This document shows positions 1-13,420 of a stretch of DNA of 64,000 nucleotides, piece by piece. Source of the DNA: Octopus vulgaris (taxonomy: Eukaryota); contig OX597824.1 of the NCBI GenBank assembly GCA_951406725.2, forward strand, positions 22,010,001-22,074,000, read 5' to 3'. The number at the start of each line of letters is the position of its first letter. The first letter of the stretch is position 1. A model generated the notes under the pieces. That model saw only the letters and a program-made list of their open reading frames with translations, ran no database searches and was not told where the DNA came from. Position numbers and translations under genes: made by a program.

Positions 1-446
1 TTTAAGTATGACACACCTACGTTGAGTCATTATACTTGCAGTAAAAACACTGGTGAGCTATAGTTTTAACCTGTTAAATGCACAAATATTTTGTCTAGCA
101 ACAAAGCATATGTCATTGGAGCCGAGCTTTTATGGTGAGAGGTCCTTCCAAGTGTCAATCATTTGTCTTATATATTTTTACTTGTTATATATGTTTACTT
201 GATTCGGTTGTTTAGACTGTAGCCATGTTGCAGAAACTGCTTTGAAGAATTTTAGTTGAACGCATCAACCTCAGTGTGTGTTTCTTTTAAGCCTGGTACT
301 AACTAATTTTATCGTTCTTTTCTGTTGAACCGCTAAATTACAGGAATGTAAATATGCCAACACTGGTTGACAAACAGTGGCGATGGGGATGTAACAAACA
401 CAGACACAAACACACACACACACACATATGGCTCATGGCTGTGTCG

Positions 447-520
447 TATGTTCTTGAGCAAGACACTTTATTTCACATTGCTCCAGTTCACTCAGCTGTA
501 GAAATGAGTTGTGATGTCAG
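447..520 (+). mobile_element. SINE family F fragment (central domain)
   Basis: GTTCTTGAGCAAGACACTTTATTTCACATTGCTCCAGTTCACTCAGCTGTAGAAATGAGTTG is shared with the copies at 24465-24790 and 53700-53910. Confidence 0.6.
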
Positions 521-543
521 ACTACAATTACAAGGGTAAGGGT

Positions 544-703
544 ACTCTTTTACTTGTGTCAGTCATTTGACTGTGGCCATACTGGAGCACCTCTTTTAAC
601 CCCAGGACTTATTCTTTGTAAGTTACAGGGATGTAAACACACCAGCATTGGTTGTCAAGCAATGGTGGAGGGGACAAACACAGGCACAAAAACATATCTA
701 CAC

Positions 704-764
<61 letters not shown>

Positions 765-965
765 CATATGTACGAAGGGGTTCTTTCAGTTTCCGTCTAC
801 CAAATCCACTCACAAGGCTTTGGTCGGCCCGAGGCTATAGTAGAAGACACTTGCCCAAGGTGCCATGCAGTGGGACTGAACCCAGAACCATGTGGTTGGC
901 AAGCAAGCTACTTACCACACAGTCACTACTACGCCTATGCTTACCACACAGCCACTACTACGCCT
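544..965 (-). mobile_element. tRNA-derived SINE family A (CORE-like), duplicated head
   Basis: Reverse complement of the copies at 16464 and 60029. Has the internal (TA)n. The head segment TTACCACACAGYCACTACTACGCCTA occurs twice. Confidence 0.85.
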
Positions 966-1189
966 AGTGGTATTTCGTCTGTCCTTAAATTCTGAGTTCA
1001 AATTCTACTGAGGTCAATCGACTTTACTTTTCTTCCTTTCCAGGGCCAACAAAATAAATACCAGTTGAGTAATCAACTTACCCCAACCCCTTGAAATTGC
1101 TAGCCTTGTGCCAAAATTGGAATCCAGCAAAATCAACTAGACCCCTCCCACCCAACAAAATTTCAGCCCTTGTGACCCTAAAAGAAAGA

Positions 1190-1220
<31 letters not shown>

Positions 1221-1222
<2 letters not shown>

Positions 1223-1704
1223 GAATGAGAGAGCAGAGCATGCAATCAAAGTGACATTGGGGTAAAATATACAGAGCCCTGTATACCCATCATGACTACC
1301 TGTCTGATAAGGGTACACTAGGCACATGCATCACAACCATATGTACACGACATAGTGATCTCATATCAAGATAAACAGCGCATGACCTTGCAGGTGGGGG
1401 CTAGTTAGAATTTTCTCCTGGTCAAGTAGCCCATCCCATTCAAAAGGTCCATGAATAAGGATTGTTTAAGGATGTTGAACGAACCACCCATGTTTCCAGA
1501 TGTGAATTATCAAAACCTCTAAGAATTCCTCTCAACACATGGCTATAATGCTCCCCGACTACTTCTGCTCATGATCAGAGATGCACATATTGTCAGCCAC
1601 TAAGGGACATGCTCAAAGACAAAACAATGTACATGATAACACTTCCAATCAGTTAAGATCAGCAGCCATGAGAGCCCACTGCCTGGTACGGCATCAGGGC
1701 ATTT
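1221..1704 (-). mobile_element. ~500-bp interspersed element family E inside (TAA)n
   Basis: Reverse complement of 18829-19367 with one internal deletion. Same 5' end (AAATGCCCTGAT) and a (TAA)n tail; both flanks are TAA/TTA repeats. Confidence 0.85.
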
Positions 1705-1733
1705 ATTATCATTATATATCAGGGCATTTATTA

Positions 1734-1764
<31 letters not shown>

Positions 1765-2479
1765 CATCATGATCATTATTATCATTATTATCATTATTAT
1801 TAATATTGTTGTTGTTGTTATTGTTGCTGCTGTCGTTTATCTAATTTTGCTTTCTTTGCGTTCATGTTTCGACACTTGAAGAAAATTTAGTGGATGTTCC
1901 GCAAAACAAATTCATTTTGAAACACTATTTACATTTTTATGTTATCATTGTTGTGTGTGGTTGTAACAGAAAGCAACACCATCGCCCTCCTTCCCACCCC
2001 TCTCCACCAACCATCTCACCTGCCTGCCTGCCTGCCCTGACAAATTTGTCTCTAATTGAATAGTTTAAGAGAGTTAGTAGGAAAAACTAAGTATTTGTCT
2101 GTCACAAGATTCTAAAAACTGAACATTTATCAACTGAACCAGAACATCAAACATGTCAGATTTCGTATACAGTGATTTGTGGCTCAATACATTAATTTCA
2201 AATAAAATAAATAATGTAATAAACGAAAAATAAAAAAAAAAGAAAGAATAACAAAATTAAAAATAAAATGAAATGAAATGAAATGAAATAAGGAAAATAA
2301 GTCAGTGCCAGACAAAAACCCTGAAATTCTAGTGACCCATGTAAGAGGTAAGTTGATAGAATTTGGAGAAAAAACAAAACCAGTGTAGGAAGAATTTTAT
2401 GACAAAGATGGTGAGACAAAAAAACCCCCCAATTTTTAGAGCAAGTGAAAGAATTTCACTGGAAGCCTAAATTCAATCC

Positions 2480-3090
2480 ATTGGTAGTGGTGGCAGTGGT
2501 GATAATGGTCATAGCAGTGATGGTGGTAGTGTGGCAGTGGTGGTGGTGGTGATGGCAGTGATGGTGGTGGTGATGGCAGTGATGGTGGTGGTGATGATGG
2601 CAGTGATGGTGGTGGTGGTGATGATGGCAATGATGGTGGTGGTGGTGGTGTTGGTGGTGGCCGTGATGGTGGTGGTGGTGATAATGGTCATAGCAGTGAT
2701 GATAGTAGTGGTAGTGGTGGCAGTGATGGTGGTGGTGGTGATGGCAGTGATGGTGGTGGTGGTGGTGATGATGGCAATGATGGTAGTGGTGGTGGTGTTG
2801 GTGGTGGCGGCGACAATATTGGTGATGCTGATTGATTAGTGATGGTGATGTTGGTGTGTATGTGTGTGTGTATTGTTAGTTGTAATAGTGGTGGTGGTGA
2901 TGGTGGTGTTGGTGATGTGTGTGTGTGATAGAGTTGGCAGTGGCATTGTTGATGATGATGATGATGACGATAATGGTGAGAGCAGTGGTGATGAGTTGGG
3001 GGAGGGGGTGTATGTTGGTGTTGATGATGATGATGATGATGATAGTAGTGGTGTTGGTGAAGATGGTGGCAGTGGTGGCGGTAGTGGTTG
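2480..3090. repeat. (GGT/GAT)n low-complexity triplet tract
   Basis: Direct reading of the sequence. Confidence 0.9.
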
Positions 3091-3214
3091 ATGGCAATGA
3101 CAGCACTGGTTTTATAATGGAAGTTTAATCTCTTCAAGGCAAAAAAGCAAAAAAAAATAACAAAAAAAACACAAAAAAAAATTCAACAAACACATGCCTA
3201 CAAGATGTGTTTGG

Positions 3215-3990
3215 ACTGCTGTTGCTGCTGCTACTACTACCACAACCCTCACTACATCTTCTATAATTACCACCACCACCACCACCACCACCACTACAAC
3301 TGCTACTATTACCATCATCATTGCTGCTGTTGCAGCTACTACTCCTACTACTACTACTACTACCACCACCACCACTACTACTACAAATACTACCATCACT
3401 ACTATTACTACAATCAGCATAACACCACCAACACTACTGGTACTAACACCAGCATTGTAACCAACACCCACCACCACCACACCAGTACCACCACTACTAC
3501 TACTACCATCACCACTATTACTACAATCAACACAACACCACCACCACTACTGTTACTACCACCAACATTGTAACCACCACACCTCTACCACTACCACTAC
3601 AACTACTACCATCACTACTATTACTACAATCAGCACACCACCACCACCACTACTACAGTTACTACCACCAACATTGTAACCACCACCAACCACCACTACC
3701 ACCATCACCACTATTACTACAATCAGTACACCACCACTACTACTATTACTACCACCAACATTGTAACCACCACCAACCACTACTACCACCATCACCACTA
3801 TTACTACAATCAGCACACCACCACAACCACCACTACTACAATTACTACCACCAACAGTGTAACCACCACCCACCACTACTACCACCATCACCACTATTAC
3901 TACAATCAGCACATCACCACCACAACCACAACTGTTACTACCACCAACATTGTAACCACCACCCACCACCACAGCTACAACAACAATATT
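3215..3990. repeat. (ACC/ACT)n-derived minisatellite, ~90-110-bp unit, about 6 copies
   Basis: The anchor CTATTACTACAATC recurs at about 3401, 3514, 3618, 3711, 3798 and 3893, each followed by CCAACATTGTAACC or a close variant. Confidence 0.85.
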
Positions 3991-4051
3991 AAACATCTAA
4001 TATTCACTTAGCTTTGTTTTGTTTATTACTTTTGTTGTAATTGACACAAAT

Positions 4052-4109
<58 letters not shown>

Positions 4110-4369
4110 TCTACATATGGAGGTTATATTGGTTGCATGTATGTAATGCACTGCCAATGACTTATGTGCATTTCTATGCATGCGCAGACATAAGAGCATC
4201 TATTTAAATGGGTATATGCATATGTATGATTGTGCATACGATCACATGCATGAACGTGCATGTATACATGTGAGCGATGCATGCCTGCATGCACCATTGT
4301 GAGTACGTGTATATGGATCACATGGGTGTACAGTTATGCACATGAGTGCACACACAAGTGAATGCATGC

Positions 4370-4505
4370 ATTTATATATACATATATACATACATATATA
4401 TATACATACATATATACATACGTATATATATATACATATATATATATACATACATATATACATACATATATATACATATATATATATACATACATATATA
4501 CATAC

Positions 4506-4538
<33 letters not shown>

Positions 4539-4795
4539 CATACATATATATATACATACATATATACATACATATATATATACATACATATATATATACA
4601 TACATATATACATATATACATATATATATATACATATATATACATATATACATACATATATATATACATATATACATACATATATATATACATACATACA
4701 TACATACATATATATACATACATACATATATAAATACATATATATATATATACACATACATATATATACATGCATATATATATATATATATACAC
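4370..4795. repeat. (TA)n/(TACA)n compound microsatellite
   Basis: Direct reading of the sequence. Confidence 0.95.
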
Positions 4796-5366
4796 GTTTG
4801 TGCATGTGTGCATCTACATTAGGCCTGTATGTGCATATGTTATGAAGAAATAAGTGCATGTGGTGTTCGCATGTTTACACAAACAACCATGTATATGCAT
4901 GCATTTGCACACATGCATCGCTTCCATGTTGATGCAATTTGAATATGCATGCATGCATGCACTCATGCATTTATTGTGTGCCCTGAAAATACATGTGTTG
5001 TGTGTAGATGTAATGCAGTAAACATGATGGATAAGCTTTCTGCTACATGGTTACATATGAGTGTGTATACAGGATTATATAAGAGTGTGTATACATGCAT
5101 GCACATAAACATGTAATTGCTAGTTTGAGTACGAACATGTACAGACATGTGGCTAAGTGCTTGGGGGCGTTTGGATCATGACCTTAAAGACAGGAGTTTG
5201 ATTCCCTTGAGCAAGACACTTTATTTCATGTTGCTCCAGTACACTCTGCTAGCAAAACTATATTGCACCTGTAATTCAAAGGGCGAGTCTTGTCACATCC
5301 TATGTTCAGCTGAATTCTGTGTCATGCCGGTGGCACGTAAAGGGCACCATTCAAGTATGATCATTA

Positions 5367-5598
5367 CCTATTTCTTTACTACCAACAAGGGGCTAAACAC
5401 AGAGAGGACAAACAAGGACAGACAAACAGATTAAGTCGATTACATCGACCCCAGTGCGTAACTGGTACTTAATTTATCGACCCCGAAATGATGAAAGGCA
5501 AAGTCGACCTCGGCAGAATTTGAACTCAGAACGTAATGGCAGACAAAATACGGCTACGCATTTCGCCCGGTGTGCTAACGTTTCTGCCAGCTCGCCGT
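5367..5598 (-). mobile_element. tRNA-derived SINE family B, near full length
   Basis: Reverse complement of 42520-42752, with head GGCGAGCTGGCAGAAACGTTAGC and B-box-like GAGTTCAAATTC. Confidence 0.85.
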
Positions 5599-5639
5599 CT
5601 TGTTATTATTATTATTATTATTAGTAGTAGTAGTAGTAG

Positions 5640-5925
5640 TGATCATTACCAGCATCACCTTACTGGCACCTGTGCCAGAGCATGTGTAAAAGATTCGAGC
5701 GAGGACGTTGCCAGTACCACCTGACTGGCCCCGTGCTGGTGGCACGTAAAAAGCACCCACTACACTCTCGGAGTGGTTGGCGTTAGGAAGGGCATCCAGC
5801 TGTAGAAACTCTGCCAGATCAAGATTGAAGGCTGGTGCAGCCATCTGGTTTGCCAGTCCTCAGTCAAACCGTCCAACCCATGCTAGCATGGAAAGCGGAC
5901 GTTAGACGATGATGATGATGAGGTG
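5640..5925 (+). mobile_element. RTE-tailed retroposon family D
   Basis: GTTGGCGTTAGGAAGGGCATCCAGCTGTAGAAAC...CCATGCTAGCATGG...(GAT)n tail; at least 7 related copies in the window. Confidence 0.8.
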
Positions 5926-6426
5926 ATGATGATTCTGAATGTCACAAGGGCTAGCCAGGTCACATCCTGTGTCCTGCTGTGTCCCGAGAACTACGTTAAG
6001 GGTATGCGTGTCTGTGGAGTACTCAGCCACTTGGACGTTAACTTCATGTGCAGGCTGTTTTGTTAATTGGATCAACTGGAACAATGGTTGCTGTAACCAA
6101 CAGAAAGCCTGTTATACTCGTGCAGCTAAACTCGTTTGAGTGTGAGTGCATGGAAAAAGCACACATATACACATGAGTAAGTGTGTGTACAAGTATATGC
6201 ATAGGTGTATGTACATGCATTAGTGTGTCTGTTTGTGTGTGTATGTGTGTACTGGAGATTTCAGAAGCTAACCAGCATTTTTGGTAACTATACAGTAAAA
6301 TCCCAGATTACAGATAGACGCTGGACTGTTTAGTTTAGTAAATCACTTGAAAATACTTAGTTAAAAAACTACTACTACTACTACTAATAATAATAATAAT
6401 AACAATAATAATAATAATAATAATAA

Positions 6427-6458
<32 letters not shown>

Positions 6459-7009
6459 AAACAACACATGGTGAGAGGTTTTGGGTGGTGCAGGAAGAAC
6501 TCTTAGAAAAAAAGGCAGAAATGCTGTTAAGATTGGTAGTTAAGAATGGGTTGGTGTAAGAACCCACCCCACTTTCTCTTCCTCTAGCAGCATCTTATCT
6601 CCTACCATCTGTTTTCATTAATTATAACCAGAATATAGGAATGTTTTCTATCTAACTGTACTAGAAGTGCTTTCTAACTAAAGCAGACAGCTAGCTAAGC
6701 TTTTTTTTCTTTTCTTTTTCTTTCTCTTCATCCACAAAGAGAAGGCTGATAAAACGGAACTTGGCATTGCACAAGTGCTGTGATAATGGCTTCCTCTACA
6801 GTCACAACACTTCAAAGGGAAATGTAAGTTGAGCCGTCCGTACGTTTCCAAAAAGTTGGTGTACATGAAAACAGTTCCAACTAGAAATTGAAACTAGTCT
6901 AAGAACTTACACTTTTAATAAGTCGATACAGAAACATATATATATATATGAAAAATATTGAGAAAAAGTTGAAAATGTGTCAAAATTTTCTTTTATATAT
7001 ATCTATATA

Positions 7010-7077
<68 letters not shown>

Positions 7078-7112
7078 ATAAAGATGTATATATATATATA
7101 TATATATATATA

Positions 7113-8063
7113 CGTTTAAATATTTGTTGTGCAAGATTTTTTATGTGAAGTCGTGTGTTGAAACAGATATTGTTATATTTCGGAATGGTCATATTGCCAG
7201 TTTAGCCAATAAAAACACACGCACTATATATTTGGTGTTATTTTGCTTCAGTGATATTTATTTTTTACATTAATCTTAATCTTATTTCGGCCAAAGTTCT
7301 TTCGTCACACTCCTGTGACCGCATCAGTGGTCCTTTGTTTTCTTCTCACTTACTTGTGTCTCTCCTTACTAACCGTCAGCCATTTTGTATTTCTATTGTA
7401 TGTCTTCATTTGCGCATGCTTATATCTCTATGTGCGTCTATGTTTATTTAGTGTGTGGGGGGGGGATGCCTGTAATATTTGTATCTTCTGGTTATATACA
7501 TTCTTGTAATTTGTATTTTGTTTTTGTTGTTGTTGCTTTTGTTCTAATTTTATTCATGTGTTTACATCCACCCATTATTATCATTACATATGCTTGTATG
7601 TATGTATAACAACAATATTAGTAATAATAATAATAAATCTAATCGAGAAAAAAAAAAAAAAAAAAAAAAAGAATATACATATACATATATATATATATAC
7701 ATACATATACATATACATATATATATATATATATATACATATATACACACATATATACACATATACATATATATACACATATACATATATATAGATATTC
7801 ATTTCTATTTCTTTAATTACCTGTGTATTTATTATGTTTGCAGGATCCACTATTGTCATATGTTGTGGTGTGCGCTATTGCTCCATTCTAGATTTCTATT
7901 CAGGCTAGGTTTATTTTCTATTCAGGAGTGTGACGAAAGAACTTTGGCCGAAATAAGATTAAGATTAATGTAAAAAATAAATATCACTGAAGCAAAATAA
8001 CACCAAATATATAGTGCGTGTGTTTTTATTGGCTAAACTGGCAATATGACCATTCCGAAATAT

Positions 8064-8071
<8 letters not shown>
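7113..8071 (-). mobile_element. Putative Penelope-like element end with an inverted terminal copy
   Basis: 7167-7315 and 7923-8071 form a perfect 149-bp inverted repeat flanked by (TA)n, with a hammerhead-like core at 7289-7333. Confidence 0.55.
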
Positions 8072-8141
<70 letters not shown>

Positions 8142-8734
8142 ATATATTGATAGAAATGTTAAGACAACAAAAGAATGAAAGAGACACCTCGATATTATGT
8201 AAATAGAGGAATTTATCTGTAAGAATTTATATATATATATATATAGAATTAAGAGACAGATCTTCCATAAAGTAATTCAATTAATAATGAAAGATATTCC
8301 TCCTCATCATCGTTTAACGTCCATTTTCCATGCTAGCATGGGTTATAATAAAATATTAATTTAAATATACTCTTTTACTCTTTTACTCTTTTACTCTTTT
8401 ATTATTAATATTTTATATATTTTATATAAATATATTATTAATATTTTACTAAAAATGACTATACTAAAAAATACACATTAAAACGATGACGTGCGTTTTC
8501 ATATATATATATATATATATGTATGTATACATATACACACATATATATATATTTTTTCTTTTCTTTTATTCTTTTACATGTTTCAGTCATTTGGCTGTGG
8601 CCCATGATGGAACACCATCTTAAAGGGTTTTAGTCGAACAAATTGATCTCAAGACTTATTCTTTGTAAGCTTAGTACTTATTCTATTGGTCACTTTTTAT
8701 TGGTCACTGTTCATTGTTTGAAGGACTAAGTGAA

Positions 8735-9100
8735 ATATTATCCTGCTTTGAAACAGGTGAAAGGTAGCAACAGGAAGAGCCTCTGGTTGTAGAAAATCTG
8801 CCTCAACAAGTTTTGTCTGACCCATGGAAGCGTGGAGAGGTAGATACTAAACAATGGTGATGTACATCACCATCGTTATCATTTTAACATCCACATTTCC
8901 ATGTTTCATGGGTGAGATAGAGTTTATTGAAGCAGACTTTCTATGGTTGAATGACCTTTGTGTCCATAACCCTCACCTGTTTCCAAGCAAAATATTTCCC
9001 CATGGCCAGACACCTTTTGCAGAATATTGGAAATGAACAACACCGCTTGTATGATGGTGACACTCATTTACAACAATCATGACATACTGAGACAAAGAGT
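8735..9100. mobile_element. Two tail-to-tail copies of RTE-tailed family G
   Basis: 8735-8863 (+) and 8864-9100 (-) both resemble 24815-25060. The junction is the palindrome ATGGTGATGTACATCACCAT. Confidence 0.7.
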
Positions 9101-9177
9101 CACAAAACACACATGTACTCTCTCTCTCTCTCACACACACACACACAAACACACGCACAAACATACTTCCTTCAGTT

Positions 9178-9408
9178 TCTTATTTCTTTACTACCCACAA
9201 GGAGTTATACACAGAGGGGACAAAAAAGGACAGACACACAGATTAAGTCGATTATATCGACCCCAGTGTATAAATGGTACTTAAATTATCGACCCCGAAA
9301 GGATGAAAGGCAAAGTCGACCTCGGCGGAATTTGAACTCAGAACGTAACAGCAGATGAAATACGGCTACGCATTTCACCCGGCATGCCAACGTTTCTGCC
9401 AGCTCGCC
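9178..9408 (-). mobile_element. SINE family B
   Basis: Closely matches 5367-5598. Confidence 0.85.
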
Positions 9409-9797
9409 GCTCTTCAGTTTCTGTCTGCCAAATCCACTCACAAGGGGTTGGTTTTGGTTAGGCCAGGACCACAGCAGAAAATATTTGTCCAAGGTGCCAT
9501 GCAGTGGGACTGAACTCAGAGCCATGTAGTCAGGAATGCTTGCATGGAGTGGATGAAATCTGCAGCACAGCATCTTGCCACATCCTTTTATTCTTTCTCA
9601 CAGCATATAAACACTTTGATGGCTATGCACACAAACATTTCACATCCAGCAGAGCATGCTCCCCTAATTTCCTCCCAGTCTTTGCATTCAATGTAAATGT
9701 ATCACAACCATGCAACAGCACATGTCATACACAAGGATGTGTTGCACTAAAGACAGTCATGTTTTCCCTATGACATATTTAAATGGAAAGCTGTTCT

Positions 9798-10235
9798 ATA
9801 TATACATACACATGTATACACACACATATACACACACATATATATATACATACAAACATATACATATATATGCATATACATATAGATATACATATACATG
9901 TATACATGCATATATATATATATATACATACACATATACATGCATAAATATATATACATACGTACATATACATATATATATACATACATAAATATACATA
10001 TATATATACATACATAAATATACATATATATATACATACATAAATAAATACATATACATATATACACATATACATACATGTACACACATATAATATACAT
10101 GTGTACATATACATATATACATACGTACATATACATATATATATATATATTCATACATAAATACATATACATATATACACATATACATACATGTACACAC
10201 ATATAATATAGATGTGTACATATACATATATATAT

Positions 10236-10275
<40 letters not shown>

Positions 10276-10340
10276 TTGTGTATGCATGTATATATATACA
10301 TACACACCCACCAACACACACACACACACACACACACACG
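9798..10340. repeat. (TA)n/(TACA)n/(CA)n compound microsatellite
   Basis: Direct reading of the sequence. Confidence 0.95.
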
Positions 10341-10773
10341 TGTGTATTAGATCAATCTCAGTACTTAACTGGTGCCTATTTTATTGAAAATAAAAGGATG
10401 AAAAGCCAAGTTGAGCTCAGCAACATTCAAACTTAGAAAAGAAAAATATAAAGGAACAAAAACTTGAAAAGGAACCCAAAAAAGAAAAGAAAAAAAACAT
10501 AAAGGTATATTTTATCCATGACTCTATCAATCTTGCCATTCCATCCATCACATTCTTTTAATAATAGTAATAATTTCTTGCCAAAGCATAAAACCTTTGC
10601 ATTATAAAAGAAGAGGTGGGTAAATTGTGATTCTCAGTTTTCCCCCCTTGAAAAAAAAAAAATGTTTGTGTTGTAACTAGAAATGAAAAAAGGAAAAAAA
10701 GCAGTTTTTCCTTTTTGTTTTTTTTTTAGATTTGTTTAATGGAGAAGTCCCTACTGCAGCCTTGAATCAGTTA

Positions 10774-10775
<2 letters not shown>

Positions 10776-10842
<67 letters not shown>

Positions 10843-10918
10843 CATAGATATATACATACATATATACATGCATATATATATATACACATATACATACATA
10901 TATATACACATATATATA

Positions 10919-10952
<34 letters not shown>

Positions 10953-10995
10953 CTATATATATATACACACACACATATATATATATACATATATA

Positions 10996-11061
<66 letters not shown>

Positions 11062-11094
11062 CATACATATATATATACATACATATATATATAC

Positions 11095-11148
<54 letters not shown>

Positions 11149-11292
11149 ATACATATATATACATATATATATATACATACATATATATATATATACATAC
11201 ATATATATATATATACATACATATATATATATACATACATATATATATATATACACATATATATATACACCTATATATATACACACACACAC

Positions 11293-11329
<37 letters not shown>

Positions 11330-11428
11330 CACACACACACACACATATATATATATACATACACACACACACACGCACATATATATATACATACACACAC
11401 ACACATGCACACGCATACATACATATAT
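10776..11428. repeat. (TA)n/(GA)n/(TACA)n compound microsatellite
   Basis: Direct reading of the sequence. Confidence 0.95.
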
Positions 11429-11570
11429 GGAGCAGTAATGTTGAATTGTGATGTTCTCAAAGGTATTGTTGATAGCTTCATGGAAATGAATCCATTTCCA
11501 ACAGGGAATCCACACTGAACCATAAGTCGTTCACTAAAATCTTATTTTTGTACAACATCATAAAATTGAA

Positions 11571-11885
11571 CGCAGGCATGGCTGTGTGGTTAAGTGGGGT
11601 CAATTTGCATTCATGTGGTTATAGGTTCAGACCCACTCCATGGTAACCCTGCTGTACTCTTTCATCACAACTTTCTCTCACTCTTTCTTCCTGTTTCTTT
11701 TGTACCTGTATTTCAAAGGGCCAGCCTTGTCACATTCTGTGTGTCACGCTGAATCTACCCGAGAACTACGTTAAGGGTACACGTGTCTGTGGAGTGCTCA
11801 GCCACTTGCACGTTAATATTACGAGCAAGCTGTTCCGTTGATCGTATCAGCTGGGACCCTCATCGTCGCAACCGACGGAGTGCTC
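11571..11885 (+). mobile_element. Chimeric SINE: family A head with family C body and tail
   Basis: GCAGGCATGGCTGTGTGGTTAAG head joined to CCCTGCTGTACTCTTTC... and the tail also seen at 35260-35444. Confidence 0.7.
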
Positions 11886-12461
11886 CTATATTATTATTAA
11901 AACACCTTGGTTCAGATGAATCTTACAATTAATTAATTACATATGTGTTAGTGTGTACATCTATATGTCAGTGTGTGTGTGTGTGTACATCTACATGTGT
12001 TTGTGTGTATACATGTATATGTATGTGGATGTATGCCTGTGTGTGTGTGTCTGTGTGAGTGTGCGTTCAAATCCTGCCAAGATAAACTTTACTTTCATCC
12101 CTCTGGGCATTGATAAAAGACTGTATCAGTCATGTACTGGGGGTCAGCAAAACCCTCTTCTTGACATTGTTGACTTGGTTCCTAAATTCGAAACAATTAT
12201 TAAAGACAGTGATCTGAATAAATGCTTTGTGGTGCATGTTCCAGCACTTAACGTTCTGAGTTCAAATCCCATTGAAGTCAACTTTGGTTTTCATCCTCGA
12301 GGCCTTGATAAAATACAGAACCAGCTATCTACTGAGAGGTGAGGTTCACTGGTACTGACTAACCCCCTCTCCTCAAAATAGTAGCTAAGTCTTCATCAAA
12401 GCACAGCTTACAGTCTTAAAATATGAAGGACACATTGATTGATGTAGCCCAAGGTGCATTC

Positions 12462-12853
12462 TCTCTCTATTTTACTTGTTTCAGTCATTTGACCACGGCC
12501 ATGCTGGAGCACCGCCTTTAATCGAGCAACTTGACCCCGGGACTTATTCTTTGTAAGCCCAGTACTTATTCTATCGGTCTCTTTTGCCGAACCGCTAGGT
12601 GACGGGGACATAAACACACCAGCATCGGTTGTCAAGCAATGCTAGGGGGACAAACACAAACACACACACATACACACATATACATATATACGACAGGCTT
12701 CTTTCAGTTTCCGTCTACCAAATCCACTCACAAGGCTTTGGTTGGCCCGAAGCTATAGTAGAAGACACTTGCCCAAAGTGCCACGCAGTGGGACTGAACC
12801 CGGAGCCATGTGGTTGGTAGAAAAGCTACTTACCACACAGCCACTCCTGCACC
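12462..12853 (-). mobile_element. SINE family A, full length
   Basis: Reverse complement of 60029-60428. Confidence 0.9.
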
Positions 12854-13192
12854 TACAGGAGTGGCTGTGTGGCCACATTACATCAGAACAAAAAAAAGTT
12901 GAAATTGCTATGGGCTGAATGCATTTTGTAGTAGGTAAGCTTAATCAGAACTAACCTGCAAGCTATACAACAACAACAACAATAATAATAATATAGAGGG
13001 CTACATTGGATAATGTAGTCCTAGACATACTTTGCCTGATAAAAAAAAAAAAGAGATACAAAGTTGTCAGTGGTGAAATGTCTTTGATCATTGGTCTATA
13101 GGATCAGGGCAAACCATGGGCTAAACAACAGCAACCTTCACTTGAGCTCTCTTTCAACTGAGCCGGCACCACAAACACTCATAACCGGTGAT

Positions 13193-13193
13193 A

Positions 13194-13231
<38 letters not shown>

Positions 13232-13365
13232 TGATGATAATAATAATAATAACAATAATAATAATAATGATGATAATAATAATAATAACACTAATAATAA
13301 TAATAATAATGATGATAATAATAATAATAACAATAATAATACTAATAATGATGATAATAGTAATG

Positions 13366-13420
<55 letters not shown>

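Noticed and set aside
554-995. Recurrent peptides SFRLPNPLTRLW / VYQIHSQGFG (also at 12.6, 16.4, 33.8 and 60.0 kb)
   Set aside because: Translations of SINE family A, not a gene family.
2531-3996. Poly-Val/Thr/His/Gly ORFs resembling mucin or structural proteins
   Set aside because: Triplet-repeat translations open in several frames, with no signal peptide or splice context.
4242-4859. Long YI/HT/CV-rich ORFs here and at 9.8, 10.7, 15.5, 26.3, 39.7, 46.6, 55.4 and 61.2 kb
   Set aside because: Stop-free translations of (TA)n/(CA)n microsatellites, open in most frames on both strands.
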